A DNA stretch of 64,000 bases from NCBI GenBank assembly GCA_964016885.1, contig OZ024740.1, positions 83,142,001 through 83,206,000 of the forward strand, given 5' to 3'. Shown in pieces: positions 24,030-37,057 of this stretch. Position 1 is the stretch's first letter. Every line of letters begins with the position of its first letter. Origin of the DNA: Eledone cirrhosa (taxonomy: Eukaryota). The position numbers and the translations under genes were made by a program. The notes below the pieces were generated by a model. That model was not told the DNA's origin, searched no databases, and was given only the letters and a program-made list of their open reading frames with translations.

Positions 24030-27000
24030 TATTTTCTTTCTTTATTGTTTCTGAGATATATGCCGAGTTTCTGGCTGACACCTAGGGCAAATAAATTCAC
24101 AGTGTACATTGGTAAGCCAGTTAATACAGCACATTGATTATAATTTTTTAAAAAAACAGTATACACATGTGCATATGCATATGTAAATACAAGAAGGGAT
24201 ATCAATCTTACAGTGATAGTGCTCTTCTCAATACGTGTGCAGTACCAGTCAAAACAATTTGTGGCACCTCGTTCAGAGAGGGTAAACCAGAAATCATTCG
24301 AAATTATTGTTCTGTCCCTTTCTTGATCATTATCAGTCCTCCCACAATCACTGGTATTGTAACGGCCTTGAGGTGCCACATTTTCTCAATTTCAATAAGC
24401 AGATCTTTATATTTTCGTAGCTTGTCAAATTCTTTTGCCGCGATATTGTGATCACATGGGATGCTCATATTTATCAATAAACAGACCTTGTTATGTTGAT
24501 CTTTTACAATGATGTTAGGTTTATTTGCTTTTATGGTCATGTCAGTATGTACAGGAAAGTCCCAGAGAATTGTTACTTTCTCTCCTTCAGTTACAGCCTC
24601 ACGTGATGATTGTACCATTTGTCTTCAGCTTTGATTTTGTAATGCCGACATATTATCCAGTGTAGATATTGGCCAAATCTGTCATATCTATGTTTGTATT
24701 CTACTGATACTAACACTTTACATTCAGTGACTAAGTGACCCACTGTTTCAACCTCAACATTGCAGAATTGGCACTTTGGGTTTATTCCGTTTCTCAACAC
24801 ATTGGCGTGGTAATTGAGAGTCAATAAGCTTTGATCTTGGGCAGCTAAGATGAAGCCTTCACTCTCCGCCTTTAGCCCTGAACTACGAAGCCACTGATGG
24901 GTGTGCTTTTGGTCAACATCAGCTTCTTTGCTAGGGGCGACATATTTGCCATCCAGACGTTTCTACTCCCAATTTGATGCTAATTCTCGTTGCCCTTTTG
25001 ATTTTACCAGTGATGTTATGTGCCTAGCCGCATCAGTTGCAACAGTTTCTTTAGTCTGTCCAGTCTGGATATCAAGCATGAGATCAGTAGCATATTTTTT
25101 GCTCTCCTTCAAGATAGAATGAAGCTTCTTACTTATCTCATGGTTTTCAATAAGTTTCAGCATACAGTCGTTAGTTGTTTCAAATTGGATCAGGTAGGGC
25201 CTATTTGAGTTCTAGGAAGGTAAAGACAATCCACATCTGCTTTTGGGTGGTGCATCCTATTACAGGTCATTAGCTTACGGACTTTGATGTCAATTCTTTT
25301 GATTTCACTCATATTCCAGTTCAACACACCGAAGCTATAAGTGACAACTGGAACTGCCAAGGAATTTATGGCTAGAGCCTTTTTATGAGCGTTTAGTTTT
25401 GATCTCAGAACTGCACGTACTATCCTGTAACATTCTTTCCTTATCTTCTCTTTCATACTTGCATGATGTATGCCAGAGCCCTCATTAATCCCTAAGTATT
25501 TATAGGTTTGTTCCTGTTCAAGTTCTTTTATGATTGTTTCAGCATCCAATTCAACTGAGTCTGAGTTGACAAGCTTCCCCTTCTTGAAAGTGGCTTTTGC
25601 ACACTTGTCAAGTCCAAAATCCATCCTAATGTCATCGCTAAACGTTTTTACTGTTCGCAAAAGGCCTTCCAGTTCGTCATTATCTTTGCAATATAGCTTC
25701 AAATCATCCATATAAAATAGGTCGCGTATGTTTTTGTTGTCATTTCCATAACCGTACCCTGTTCTATTAAGTTCGGATGTAAGGGGTATTAAAGCTATGC
25801 AGAAAAGGAAGGTTGAAAGTGAGTCACCCTGGAATGTACCACAGTTGATGTTTATATTCCTAGAGCACAGTACCCCAGTGGAATGAGACAATTGGAGATT
25901 TGTGGTCCATAATGACATATTTTGTTTCAGGAAGTTTGAGATCACAGGTGAGATTTTGAAGATGTCTAGTGATTTCAGAATCCATGAGTGTGGTATGCTG
26001 TCAAAGGCTTTTTTTACAATCGATCCATGCAGAACTGAGATTTCTGTGTTTATTATGACACTTCTCAAGGATCATACGATTAATCAAAGGTTGATCTTTG
26101 CAATAATATGAACTTCGTCGACACCCTTTTTGTTCAATGGGGAAAAGATTGTTCTCCTCCAAAAACACGTATGCTTTTTCCATGAGAATAGAGATGATAA
26201 GTGGTGGGCAAGCAGGTTATGGGCCGATAGTTTTTGGATCTTTGGTTTCGTAGAAGGTAGGTAATGCCACTTGCTATCCAATCAGGTGTATTTTTGGGAT
26301 CTTTCATAATTCCATTAAACAGCTTGAACAATATATTGTCAGTGCACGGCAGTGAGGAAAGCCAGAAATTGGGCACCCTGTCTCTACCAGGAGATTTCCA
26401 TTTATGAGATTTATTGAGTGCTGTCCTTAAGTCCGCGATTGAGATGTCTTCCCACGCCCGTTCTTCTAAATTTGTGTAGGATTTTTCCAGGCGACTAATC
26501 CAATCTATATTAGCATTATATGTCTTCTCATCACTCCAATCTTACTCAAAAAGTTTTCAACTTCTTCTATGGACGGGGGAAGGGATCTTCAATAATTATT
26601 ATGTTCTTCCATACTTCTCTATAAAATGACTTGGCATTGGATGAGTACAACTTATTTTGCCTGTAGAAGTTGTTTCGCTTCTCGAATCTACGAATCCGTT
26701 GGGCTTTGACTTGGACGTTTTGTTTCAGAGATTCTTTTGTTGAAACTAGAAGACAGTCCATATTTTCTTTTTAGTTTTCTTATCTTCTTGGATCTTATAT
26801 CATTTCCAGCGGTTACTCACTCAATAAAGATATTTCTCCTCTCATTACGTCAATCTTCTTTTCGAATCTACTCCTCCAAATTGGTTTACCTCAATGGTTC
26901 GACATTTTTTTTTTTTTTTTTGGTAAACAACTTGTTTCAATTACTCTAGCAGATACATAAATGATTTCATTTAACTCAGTAAGATCAGGTTATAGTTCTT

Positions 27001-27900
27001 CTATGATTTCGTTTGTCACAGGATTACCAATCATTATTTGTTTTCTATTTTTGATTGTATTTGGGAGATTTTTAAATGGTTTTCTATCATTTATACTAGA
27101 ATGTCTTACTACATACTGCAAGCTGATTCATTATTTTTTGCTTTAATTCCTTCATAGTCTTCAGCAGATGTTTGGCTTTCAATTACTGTTTGTAAATCCG
27201 TCTCCTGGCTATTTTCAGCGGATTCAATAGGGCTTCTCATTTCTACAAACCTATTTGTGATTTGGTCAGATGGAGGTCTTTCAGTAAAGACTTGTGACTG
27301 GTTACTATCTCCAGGAGATTCTTCAGTTCTTTCATCATTTATATTTATGTCATTCTCCCCAGCCTGCTTGATCGCAGTTAGTTCAGTGTATGTGAGTCTA
27401 TTATTTCTGAAGATATACCTCCTTACATTTGCCAACTTATTTCCATCCATATCACGTCTGCTAGCTTGATTCCGAGTTTTCCAGATTTTGTAGGAGTTTA
27501 AAGTGTGTCTCTCTTGTGATGGATTACCTAATGCATAGTAATATGCATATATTATTTCTTTATACTCTTCTCGGGTCCATTTCATCCTTTTAGGATTTTC
27601 TTTTTGAGGTGGTTTGGGTGGTGTATCTGGAGGTCTCGATTTTGTGCAATCCGCGATCAAGTGACCATCCAGGTTCATAATTGGAGAAGGGTTTGTGCCA
27701 GAGGAGGACTTTTCGATCTGAGGTTGGCACCTTCCTGAGGGACGTACTTCCTGATTAACTATAGGAAAAGCGATTTGGTATTGTGTATTCATTTTTATTT
27801 GTTCATCTCGCAGTACATGCTTGCGTTACGCATGGTATTGGACGTATATGGAAAGTTGCCTTCTCTTTGGGTAGTGCATTTGCTGGCTGACACTGAGATA
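24030..27900 (-). mobile_element. R4/Dong-clade retrotransposon, family C, near full length and decayed
   Basis: N-terminal ORF 27109..27792 (KWTREEYKE..NKLANVRR, as in family A), RT 25190..26068 (FYMDDLKLY) and RLE 24304..24618. It has (TAA)n at both ends. Confidence 0.88.
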
Positions 27901-27946
27901 ATTATTATTAGTATTATTATTATTATGGATATTATTATTATTGTTA

Positions 27947-28880
27947 TTTGAGACTCAGTCATTGATGTTATTTAACTGGAAAGTTTGTCGAAATGAATAT
28001 CAAGCCGCTACCTGCAGCCTCAGATATTCAGGACGTATCGGAGAGTTCTTGCTGTTCCCAGCAAGCATGCCTTTGAAGTTTTCCAAAAGGCGGGGCTGGA
28101 TCTACTTTCTTTAAGCATCCTTGAAAACTCTTTGAGATAGTACGTTGTGCGCCTATGACAATCGGGACGACTCTGACTTCATGGTAGTTTCAAATCCTTT
28201 TTAGCTGCCAATTTAAGTCCTGGTATCGATTAATTTTCTCCCTCTCCTTTTCTTGCACTCTCGTGTCAAATGGGCAGGCTAAGACTACAATCAGGCACGA
28301 TCTTTTTTCCTTGTCCAAAACCACCTGGTCAGGCCTATTGTGTTCCAGTTTCTTATCCGTCTGTATCCTAAAATCCCATCGCAGCTTCACCTGACCGTTT
28401 GCTATCAGCGACTCTGGCTTATGCTCATACCACTTCTCAGAATCACCCTGCCCATCACATCATGTCTCCAGCCTTTATAGTGAGTCTGGGCTAGATGTTT
28501 ACACTCGGATACAATGTGTCCCACAGTCTTCTCTCTTTCTCCACAGATCTTACACAGTGAGCTAGCCTCCACCTAGTAAATATGGTGTTTCACCCACTTC
28601 GTTTTGAGTACCTGCTCTTCCGCAGCCATTAGCATTCCATCTGTAGCCTTTTTTAAGGTCTCCTCTTTTTAACCAGTTCCATATCTGTGGATCTCTAAGT
28701 TCAGTTTTCTCAAAGAAGGTACTATGAAGGGATTTTCCAAGTAGGTTGTTCTTCCTCCTTGTTGTTATTTCCTCCATGGACATCCCCTGGTCTATGTTCT
28801 CTCCTTCAGTACAATTATGAGCATTGGCTCCCTACTGTCGGTCACATATTTGTGCATGTTGTTTTTCTCCATCTGAACAC
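27947..28880 (-). mobile_element. Family B copy, 5'-truncated
   Basis: It contains the 3'UTR, RLE and CCHC regions, with (TAA)n on both sides. Confidence 0.88.
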
Positions 28881-28899
28881 ATTATTATTATTATTATTA

Positions 28900-29697
28900 T
28901 TGCATTTATTTTGCTTTATGTTCATACGAGTTATCACGAAATCACAACCAGTGACCTCAAGAGACAACAAGGTCCGCCATGTTCAAGAAAGAACATACAT
29001 ACACACACATGCATCTTTATTTGTTTAGACTTGTGATGTACTTATATTGACAGAATCTACCTTAGTACTATCTTTTGTAATTCTCCTATACACGGGTTTC
29101 CTGGGATTTGCGATAAGTAATCATTAGACCCCTTAAGTATCATTCCTAAAGCACCTTCAACCACTGGTATTGTTTTAGTTCTCAATTTCCACATTTTTCC
29201 AATTTCTATCTCTAGGTCCTTATATTTGCTCAATTTTTCAAATGTTTTAATAGATACATTCTTGTCTACCCTCTTTTTAAAGTCCTTCAGTATTATATCA
29301 GGCCAATTTGCATCTATTTTTCGGTCTGTTTGGATGCTAAAGTTCCACAAGATTGAGATGTGATCTTTTTCAATTATGGGAGGTGGTTGATGCTCCCACC
29401 ATTTCTTTTGATGGGGGAGGTCAAAATGCTTACACATTATCCAATGTATGTATTTTGCAGCCTGTGATGGTTGTTTAGATATTCGGTTGGAGCTATAGGA
29501 CTGCACATTGAAATTATATGACCAATGGTCTCTGGTTAATTTTAGATACACGGTATAATGGGTTGCACCCAGTTGTTATTATGATGGCTTGGTAATTATT
29601 TGTTGGCAGACATTGATCTTGTGCTGATATTATCAGTCCATCAGTCTCCGATTTCAGTCCAGAAGATGGCAACCACTGATAGGTTAAAGTTTTATCC
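28900..29697 (-). mobile_element. Family A 3' part
   Basis: It is colinear with 7602-8450. Confidence 0.88.
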
Positions 29698-31512
29698 ATG
29701 TTCTCTTTCTCCTTGTTATTTCTTCCTTGGACATACCCTGGTCTATTCTCCTCGCCTTCAGTACAATTCTGAGCATTGGCTCCCTACTATCAGTCACGTA
29801 TTTGTGTAGGTTATTTTCTCCATCTGAACACAGTCCTGTATGCTGATAAGACCTCTTCCACCTTCAGTTATCCTTTAGTACAGTCGATCGACATCACTCC
29901 TTTTGTGGAACATGTTGTCGATAATCAATAGCTTCCTAGTCTTCCTATCCATTTCTTTTGTTCAGCAACATCCTATCTCAGAATTCCCGCACTGTACCTA
30001 ATAATAGACACAGCTCGGGAATTTACTGCACTTATGGCATTCCTCCTGTTCAGATGTGATTTTAATACACTCCTTAATTTACGAATGTATTCAGTTCTTA
30101 TCAATTCCTTCATTTTTTTGTTCTTGATGTCATCAGCCTCCAGAACACCTAAATATTTGTATCCTTCTTCAGTATCAATTTCCTTTATGATCTCACCTGT
30201 TGGTACCTGGATTCCGATGCTTCTGCTCAATTTACCTCTCTTTATCACAAGGACTCCACACTTACTAACACCAAATTGCATACATATATCATTGCTGAAA
30301 ATACGGACAGTGTCAACAAGCACATTCAACTCCTCCTCACTCTTCCAGAAGAGTTTACGATCGTCCATAAAGAGGAGGTGATTGATAGTAAGCTCTCCTT
30401 TTCCCAACTTGCATCCTGCTCTCACTTTTCGAAAGTATAATGGTCACGGAGATCAGGGCAAGAACAAACAGCAGAGGGGACAAACTGTCTCCCTGGAAGA
30501 TACCTCTCTTGATCTTCACGCCTCCCAGGGATTCTCCAGCTGATGTTAACTCTGTTTTCCAGGACTTCATACTTTTGTTCATCAACTGTCTGATGTTATC
30601 TGCCACCTTGAAGATCTCTAGGCTTTTGGTGATCCAAGAATGAGGCACCATGTCAAATGCCTTTTTGTAGTCTATCCATCCCATGGCAAGACCAGTGTGT
30701 CTCCTCTTGCAATTCCTCATGAACATCTTATCAATAAGTAACTGGTCCTTTGTACCACGGGACTTCTTTCGGCATCCTTTCTGTTCGTCCGGTAACAAGT
30801 TGTTTGTGTGGAGGTGATGCTAGATTTCCTCAGACATAATGCTTGTCAACAGTTTCCACATTACGGACAAACATGTGATAGGTCTATAGCTGGTAACATC
30901 ATTACCCTTGATTCGGTCTTTCATTACCAGAACTGTGGTACCTTTTGTCAACCACTCTGGTACCTCACCTGACATCAAGCAGTCATTGAACATGGTTGTC
31001 AGTTTCGGGTGGAGGGATGTTATATTTTTAATCCAATACCCCTGCACACCATCATGGCCTAGTGATTTCCAGTTGGTTAGTTTTTGGCCTGTCCCTTAAG
31101 AGTTTCAACTGTGATACTCAAATCAGTTTGTTTTTGTGCCTGTTCACTAATCTCCTTTTGTACTGTCTCAATCCACACTGCTGGTCATTATGTTTAACAT
31201 CCTGCTCCAGTATTCCTCTCCAGAAATTCTTAGTTTGTTTTGCCTCAAGGATCATGTCGTTGCCCATTTCATTCCCTTCAAGCTGTCCAAACCGCTTCTT
31301 CTGGTTGTTGTCAAACATGCGGTTCTGTCTATACTGACTGACGCTGCTCTCGTCTCGCCTAATGTTTGCACTCTTTGCTACAATGCGTTGCTTCAGTTCC
31401 CCTATGATAATATTTAGCTTTCAGTTCCTCTATGATAATATTTATCTTTCAGTCATTCTATGATATTTTTTTATCTTTTTCCTCCTAGTTTTGTACTTTA
31501 TTTCCAGTCTAT
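29698..31512 (-). mobile_element. Family B RT-containing middle part, fused directly to the family A 3' part
   Basis: ORFs 29973..31318 match the family B RT. There is no tail or (TAA)n at the 29697 junction. Confidence 0.88.
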
Positions 31513-31514
31513 TA

Positions 31515-31552
<38 letters not shown>

Positions 31553-31932
31553 GAATGCCATGGTTGACGGAGGCTCGGCTCTGTAAGGTATAGTAAATTT
31601 TAACCGTTAAAACAATTGTAAATTGTTTAAAACTTGAACCAAATTGTTGATAAAGACACCCTCCTCCTCGTGAGAGGGGTCTTTCTGTCCGTTATTTGGC
31701 CCTTCGGGGTTAAATAACCAGTTATTGGGATTTTGTACCCAACATTTCATTTTAAACAAAAAAACAACATGGCTACGAAAAAGAAATTTCATACGTCACT
31801 CCCACTCATTCCGTCTTCTTCTTCCTCAATCATCACTACAGCAGAGAGAAGATTGTCTCTCTCCCTCCCTTCTTTAAATGTGTCTCTCTCCCTCCCTTCT
31901 CTTTCTCAAGTGACGAAAGAAATAAAAGTCTC

Positions 31933-33869
31933 GTGCAAAGCGTGCAAGGTTTCTCCACGACGACGACGACAGCGACGAAACAGGTGTGCGGGAAATACGA
32001 AAACCCAGTTCATTCGTCTGACGTCAGGAATAATAGCAGTAGCAGCCGTAATAACAACAGCAACAGTGACAATGAAAACAACAGTAGCAGCCGCAACAGC
32101 ATCACCAGCAGCATAAACAACAACAGCATTAGCAGCAGCAACACCAACAACAACCACAGCAACAGCGGCGGAGGCAGTAGTCGTAGTACCTGCAGCAACA
32201 ACAAAAGTACCAGCAGCTCTGACGACAACAACAACAGCAGAGAAAAACCAATCTCATTTGCAGGTATTGCGAAAAACTTGGAAACAATCCTCATAACAAA
32301 TGAGGAATTAGAGGAAGCGAAGAAGATGGTGACAAAGAACGGACACCGAGCAATCTGCAAGGCAGCGACAAAATTTTTCGAAACCCAAGAGCACTGTACG
32401 GTCACGTACCGTACAGTAAGTACAAAATCCCGTAGGGTGGAAAGAGCCACAGAGGCCCAACTACAAAAAGCCTTGGGGTCTGTGTGGCAGTGGAAAACGC
32501 ACATCACCCGAGGCAAAAAATATGCCACCGTAGACGTACTTTTTGCCACACCCCAGGAGGCAAAGGCCCAATCAGTAGTGACCCTAAGGAGCGAGGAAAT
32601 GGTGTTGGTGCCCTCCTACTGCGGGCAAAAAATTGTGAGGGTCAAACTGACCCACGTCCCCCCCCGGAATGACCCCTTCTTGGCTGGCCGCGTCTGTCCT
32701 CGTCGGAATCGAAGACAAAACAACTGTACTGCAAGTACAGAAAAAAGTAAGAGAAGATTGGGTCGGCTCCTCCATTGAGATGCTAATCCAAACCAACCAG
32801 GAGTGCATCGAAGCTATCCCGGATGTGATAGACTTCGATAACGGCACTCAACTGCCCATAAGTGTTGAGGGCAAACGCCCGAAATGCTTTCGCTGTGGAT
32901 CGAAGACTCACCTCAGGGCCTTCTGCAACGAGAAGACCCTGAGAAAGGAGAAAACCCCCCTCCTTCCGAATCCGGCTCCACGGCTACCAGCAACAGGACA
33001 AGCGGCAACCAGGAACGATAGGCCCGTGGCACCCATACCCACTCCACGGAAATCAAAAACAGCAGCAGCAGTGGAAATATTAACAACAACAAAAGCAATA
33101 CCAAATGCAGCTGCAACAGAGACTCCAGTGCAAACATCACCAACAACAACAAGTGAAAGAGTGGAGCTGGTACCCCTCCCCGACCTCACAGAATCAGACA
33201 TGGAGTGTGAGGTGGGAGAGAGATGGCAAAAGGTCGTAAGAAGGCACAAACGCAGAAGCAGCGCATCGTCGCCTTTGAAAAGGGAGGAAGGAAATGAGAA
33301 AAGGGTAAAGTCTACTGCAAAGAGACCCACAGCAGCAACAACACCAACACCATCAGCACCCACACTAGCACCACCATCACCACCGGCGACAACCCCACCG
33401 CCAACAACACCTTCAACACCACCACCACAAGCACCAACATCGCAAACACAACAACAAAACACACACACCCAGCAACAACGACAAGAAAATAGCAGAACCA
33501 CACCCCACCCGCAGAAAAACAAATGCACGGCAATAAATACACACAACAAGAAACTAATAATTGAAACTAATAATTGAACACACAGACATTTCACAACAGG
33601 ACTACATAATACCAGCACCAATCAAAACGCCAACTAACATAAGACTGCTAAAAATAGCACAGAAACAATACACAAATATTAAAACGAAATTCCCCAACGC
33701 AGTTGGTGATTTCAGGGACCTAGGAGGAACCATCAATCGAAGAGTATACTCAGACATTCTCTTAGAAGAGCCGACGACCAGCCGAAGGGACGATTCAACG
33801 GTCCCTTCACCAGACGATCAAGTGAAAAGGGATGTAAAAACCATCCCTCCTCTACCAAAAGTACGGTAA
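31933..33869 (+). pseudogene. ORF1, gag-like with CCHC knuckle, in three frames
   Basis: ORFs 31933..32778, 32669..33577 and 33561..33869. The first frameshift lies near a C7 run. Confidence 0.8.
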
Positions 33870-33904
33870 GTGGTCTTTCCCATCCTTTCCACTTTATTTT
33901 AAAC

Positions 33905-34190
33905 ATGACCTCACTCAGAATAGTCAGCATAAATGCGCGTGGCTTGGGGTCGTCATGGAAGCAGGGTCACCTGCTCAACGACCTCGGGTCACTAAACATA
34001 GATGTAGTGGCCATCAGCGAGACCAGAATCTCCGAAGCACGGGCCTTCGCACCGATCTTCGGCGGCTACGATGTGTACGCATCTCCCAGCCGTCCTGGAT
34101 CGGGTGGAGGAGTTGCTGTGCTTTTTCGGAGAGGTTTGGATCTCGCCATACGGGCCATCTTCCTGGACCCAGAGGGTAAGCTGGTGGTGC
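33905..34190 (+). pseudogene. APE endonuclease N-terminus, truncated
   Basis: SINARGL, ISET and GGGVAVL motifs are present. The sequence switches to antisense family B at about 34190. Confidence 0.85.
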
Positions 34191-34380
34191 TCTTCTGGTT
34201 GTTGTCAAACATGCGGTTCTGTCTATACTGACTGACTCTGTTCTCGTATCGCCTAATGTTTGCACTTTTTTGCTACAATGCGTTGCTTCAGTTCCTCTAA
34301 GATAATATTTAGCTTTCAGTTCCTCTATGATAATATTTAGCTTTTTCCTCCTAGTTTTGTACTTTATTTCCAGTCTATTA

Positions 34381-34410
<30 letters not shown>
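34190..34410 (-). repeat. Direct duplicate of 31297-31552 (family B segment plus (TTA)n)
   Basis: It has the same truncation point (ccagtctattattgttatt) and the same internal 28-bp tandem unit. Confidence 0.9.
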
Positions 34411-34412
<2 letters not shown>

Positions 34413-35531
34413 TGAGTCTCAGTCATTGATGTTAGTTAACTGGAAAGTTTGTTGAAATGAATATCAAGCCACTACCTGCAGCCTCATATATTCAGGACGT
34501 ATCGGAGGGTTCTTGCGGTTCCCAGCAAGCATGCCTTTTGAAGCGTTCCAAAAAGCGTGAAGGGGCCAATTTTCTTTACCCATCCCTGGAAACTTTTTGA
34601 GATAGTACCTAGTGCACCTATGACAATCGGGACCACTTTGACTTCATGACAGTTCCAAATCCTTTTTACTTCCCACTTTATGGTATTGGTTAATTTTCTC
34701 CCTTTCCTTCTCTTGCACTCTCGTGTCGAATGGGCAGGCCACATCCACAATCAGGCACGATATTTTTCTTTGTCCACAACCACCAGCTCAGGTCTATTGT
34801 GTTCCCGTTTCTTGTCGGTCTGTATCCTAAAATCCCACAGCACCTTCACCTGATCGTTTTCTATCACCGACTCTGGCTTATGCTCATACCACTTCTCAGA
34901 ATGTGGTAAATTGTTTAATTGCATAGGTGCCAGTGGATCACCCTTCCCATCACATCATGTCTCCAGCCCTTATAGTGAGTCTGGGCTAGGTGTTTACACT
35001 CGGATACAATGTGAGCCATAGTCTCCTCTCTCTCTCCACAGATCCTGCACAGTGGGCTAGCCTCCTCCTTGTAAATATGGTGGTTCAACCACTTCGTTTT
35101 GAGGGCCTGCTCCTGCGCAGGCATTAACATTCCTTCTGTAGCCTTTTTAAGGTCTCCTCTTTTCAACAAGTTCCATGTCTGTGGATCTCTGAATTCAGTT
35201 TTCTCAAAGAAGGTACTATGAAGGGATTTTTCATGAAGGCTGCTCTTTCTACTTGTTGTGATTTCCTCCTTGGACATCCCCTGGTCTATATCCTCTCCTT
35301 CAGTACAGTTCTGAGCATTGGCTCCTTACTATCAGTCACATATTTGTGTAGGTTGTTTGTCTCCATCTGAACACAGTCCTCTATGCTAATAAGACCTCTT
35401 CCACCTTCAGATCTCCTTAAGTAGAGTCTATCGACATCACTCCTCTTGTGAACATGTTGTAGATAGTCAATAGATTCTTAGTCTTCCTATCCATTTCTTT
35501 TTGTTCAGCAACATTCCATCTCAGAATTCCC
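34411..35531 (-). mobile_element. Family B 3' part
   Basis: It covers the 3'UTR, RLE, CCHC and RT thumb, colinear with 13595-14725. Confidence 0.9.
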
Positions 35532-35534
35532 CCG

Positions 35535-37033
35535 AGGGAAGAAGACGCACATGGTGGATAGAAGGTCATGAAATCGCTCCCGTAAGATTTTGATTTTTAA
35601 CATATTTAAATCAATTGTGAAATAACAATTCTTAGTACAAATGATGCATAAAGCACCAGACTGAACTATCAGAAAAATTCGGATCATAATATTCTGTTAT
35701 ATCACTCAAATATTTAATTTTGTATTATAGATTTTATATTCAAAAAAGAAAATGGTTATAAATGGAAGAAAACCCCCTCTGTCTACACTATATAGAACAG
35801 CCAAATAACAGCAATTTCACCAACACCACAAACTAGATACACCACCTATCCCATCACCTCTGTGTACACTAAATACAACAGCCAGATAACGGCAATTTCA
35901 CCACCACCACCACCAATAATCCCAGAATAATAATAATAATTACTATTATTATTGTCTCAAGTTTTCACAAAATGTCTAAATCCAATATTAAGGATTTATG
36001 TCAACACATATATTAAACATACGCGACTAACCGCATAGATACGGCGATCAAACGATCAAACAACTACAGTCTATTCAACAAAACTCAGGAACGACAACGC
36101 CATCACTATAGTCACCGCCGCCACCACTCCATCCATCATTGCTACAACTATCCCATCACCACCGCCACCACTCCTTCATTGCTACCACCGCTATTCCCCC
36201 CATTACTTCTGTTAACTTACGAAAGGGGAAGGTGGCGGTATCACTAGAAAATATTAATATTTAATTTTGGATCAGGAATGTTAGAGTCGAAAAGGAGGAA
36301 AATGGCAAAATGACTAAATGACTAAATGACTAAATAGCTAAATAGCTAAATGGCTAAGTGGGCGGAGAAGATATTTTCACCACCAACACCACCACCACTA
36401 CCACGCCAAAAACTCTGGTCAAGTTACCTCAACTTCTATTTCTACTTCAACTTCAACACCAGTACTACGATCACATCACCACCACCACTGCGTCATTATC
36501 GCTACCGCCGCTATTCTCTCCCACTACCTCCTGCTAAGTACTACTATCACAGCACCACCTTCACCACCGCCACCACTGCCTCATTATCACTACCGCCGCT
36601 ATTCTCTCCCACTACCTCCTGCTACATCGTAGTGTCTCCACTAAAAGAGGAAGGCATCAAAATATATAAATAGACTGATTTGATGACCCGGTCAAAATAA
36701 AAAAAACAAAAATCAAAATCAAAGCAGCACAGCAACAACGAAAAACGTAAAGAAAAGAAAAATGAAGATAAAAACAGACAGACGGTCAGAGAAGGGAAGG
36801 GAAAATCTAAGTCAGACATTCAAACATTACATTACAATGAAACCTATGCTTATTCTTTTTTGTTTTGTTTTTTGCCTGTTTGTTTGTTTGTTTATTTATG
36901 TTCGTCTACAGCGTGATAGTGCCACACAAAAATCACCGGGAGTGACAAAATCACCGGAGGTGATGAAATCACCGGTGGTTATGTAACCATACATTCACAA
37001 ATCCTCGATAAGAGTGTTTAAATGTCGAACCTA
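35535..37033 (+). mobile_element. Family B 5'UTR, inverted relative to its adjacent 3' part
   Basis: It begins with the element 5' terminus gggaagaagacgcac and ends tgtcgaacctaaa, just before the ORF start, followed by (TTA)n. Confidence 0.88.
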
Positions 37034-37057
37034 AATTATTATTATTAATGTTATTAC

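Larger units (their letters stand above)
31553..34190 (+). mobile_element. Tx1/L1-clade element, 5' part only (5'UTR, ORF1, APE start)
   Basis: It starts right after (TTA)n. ORF1 has the knuckle CFRCGSKTHLRAFC, and ORF2 begins MTSLRIVSINARGL..DVVAISETR..SGGGVAVLFR. Confidence 0.88.

Noticed and set aside
31395-31480. Short 28-bp direct repeats resembling a CRISPR array
   Set aside because: There are no unique spacers. It is a local tandem duplication inside a retrotransposon in eukaryotic DNA.
31655-31685. CTCCTCGT motif resembling an HDV L3 loop
   Set aside because: No G follows the would-be P1' and there is no P2 partner. It folds as a simple hairpin.
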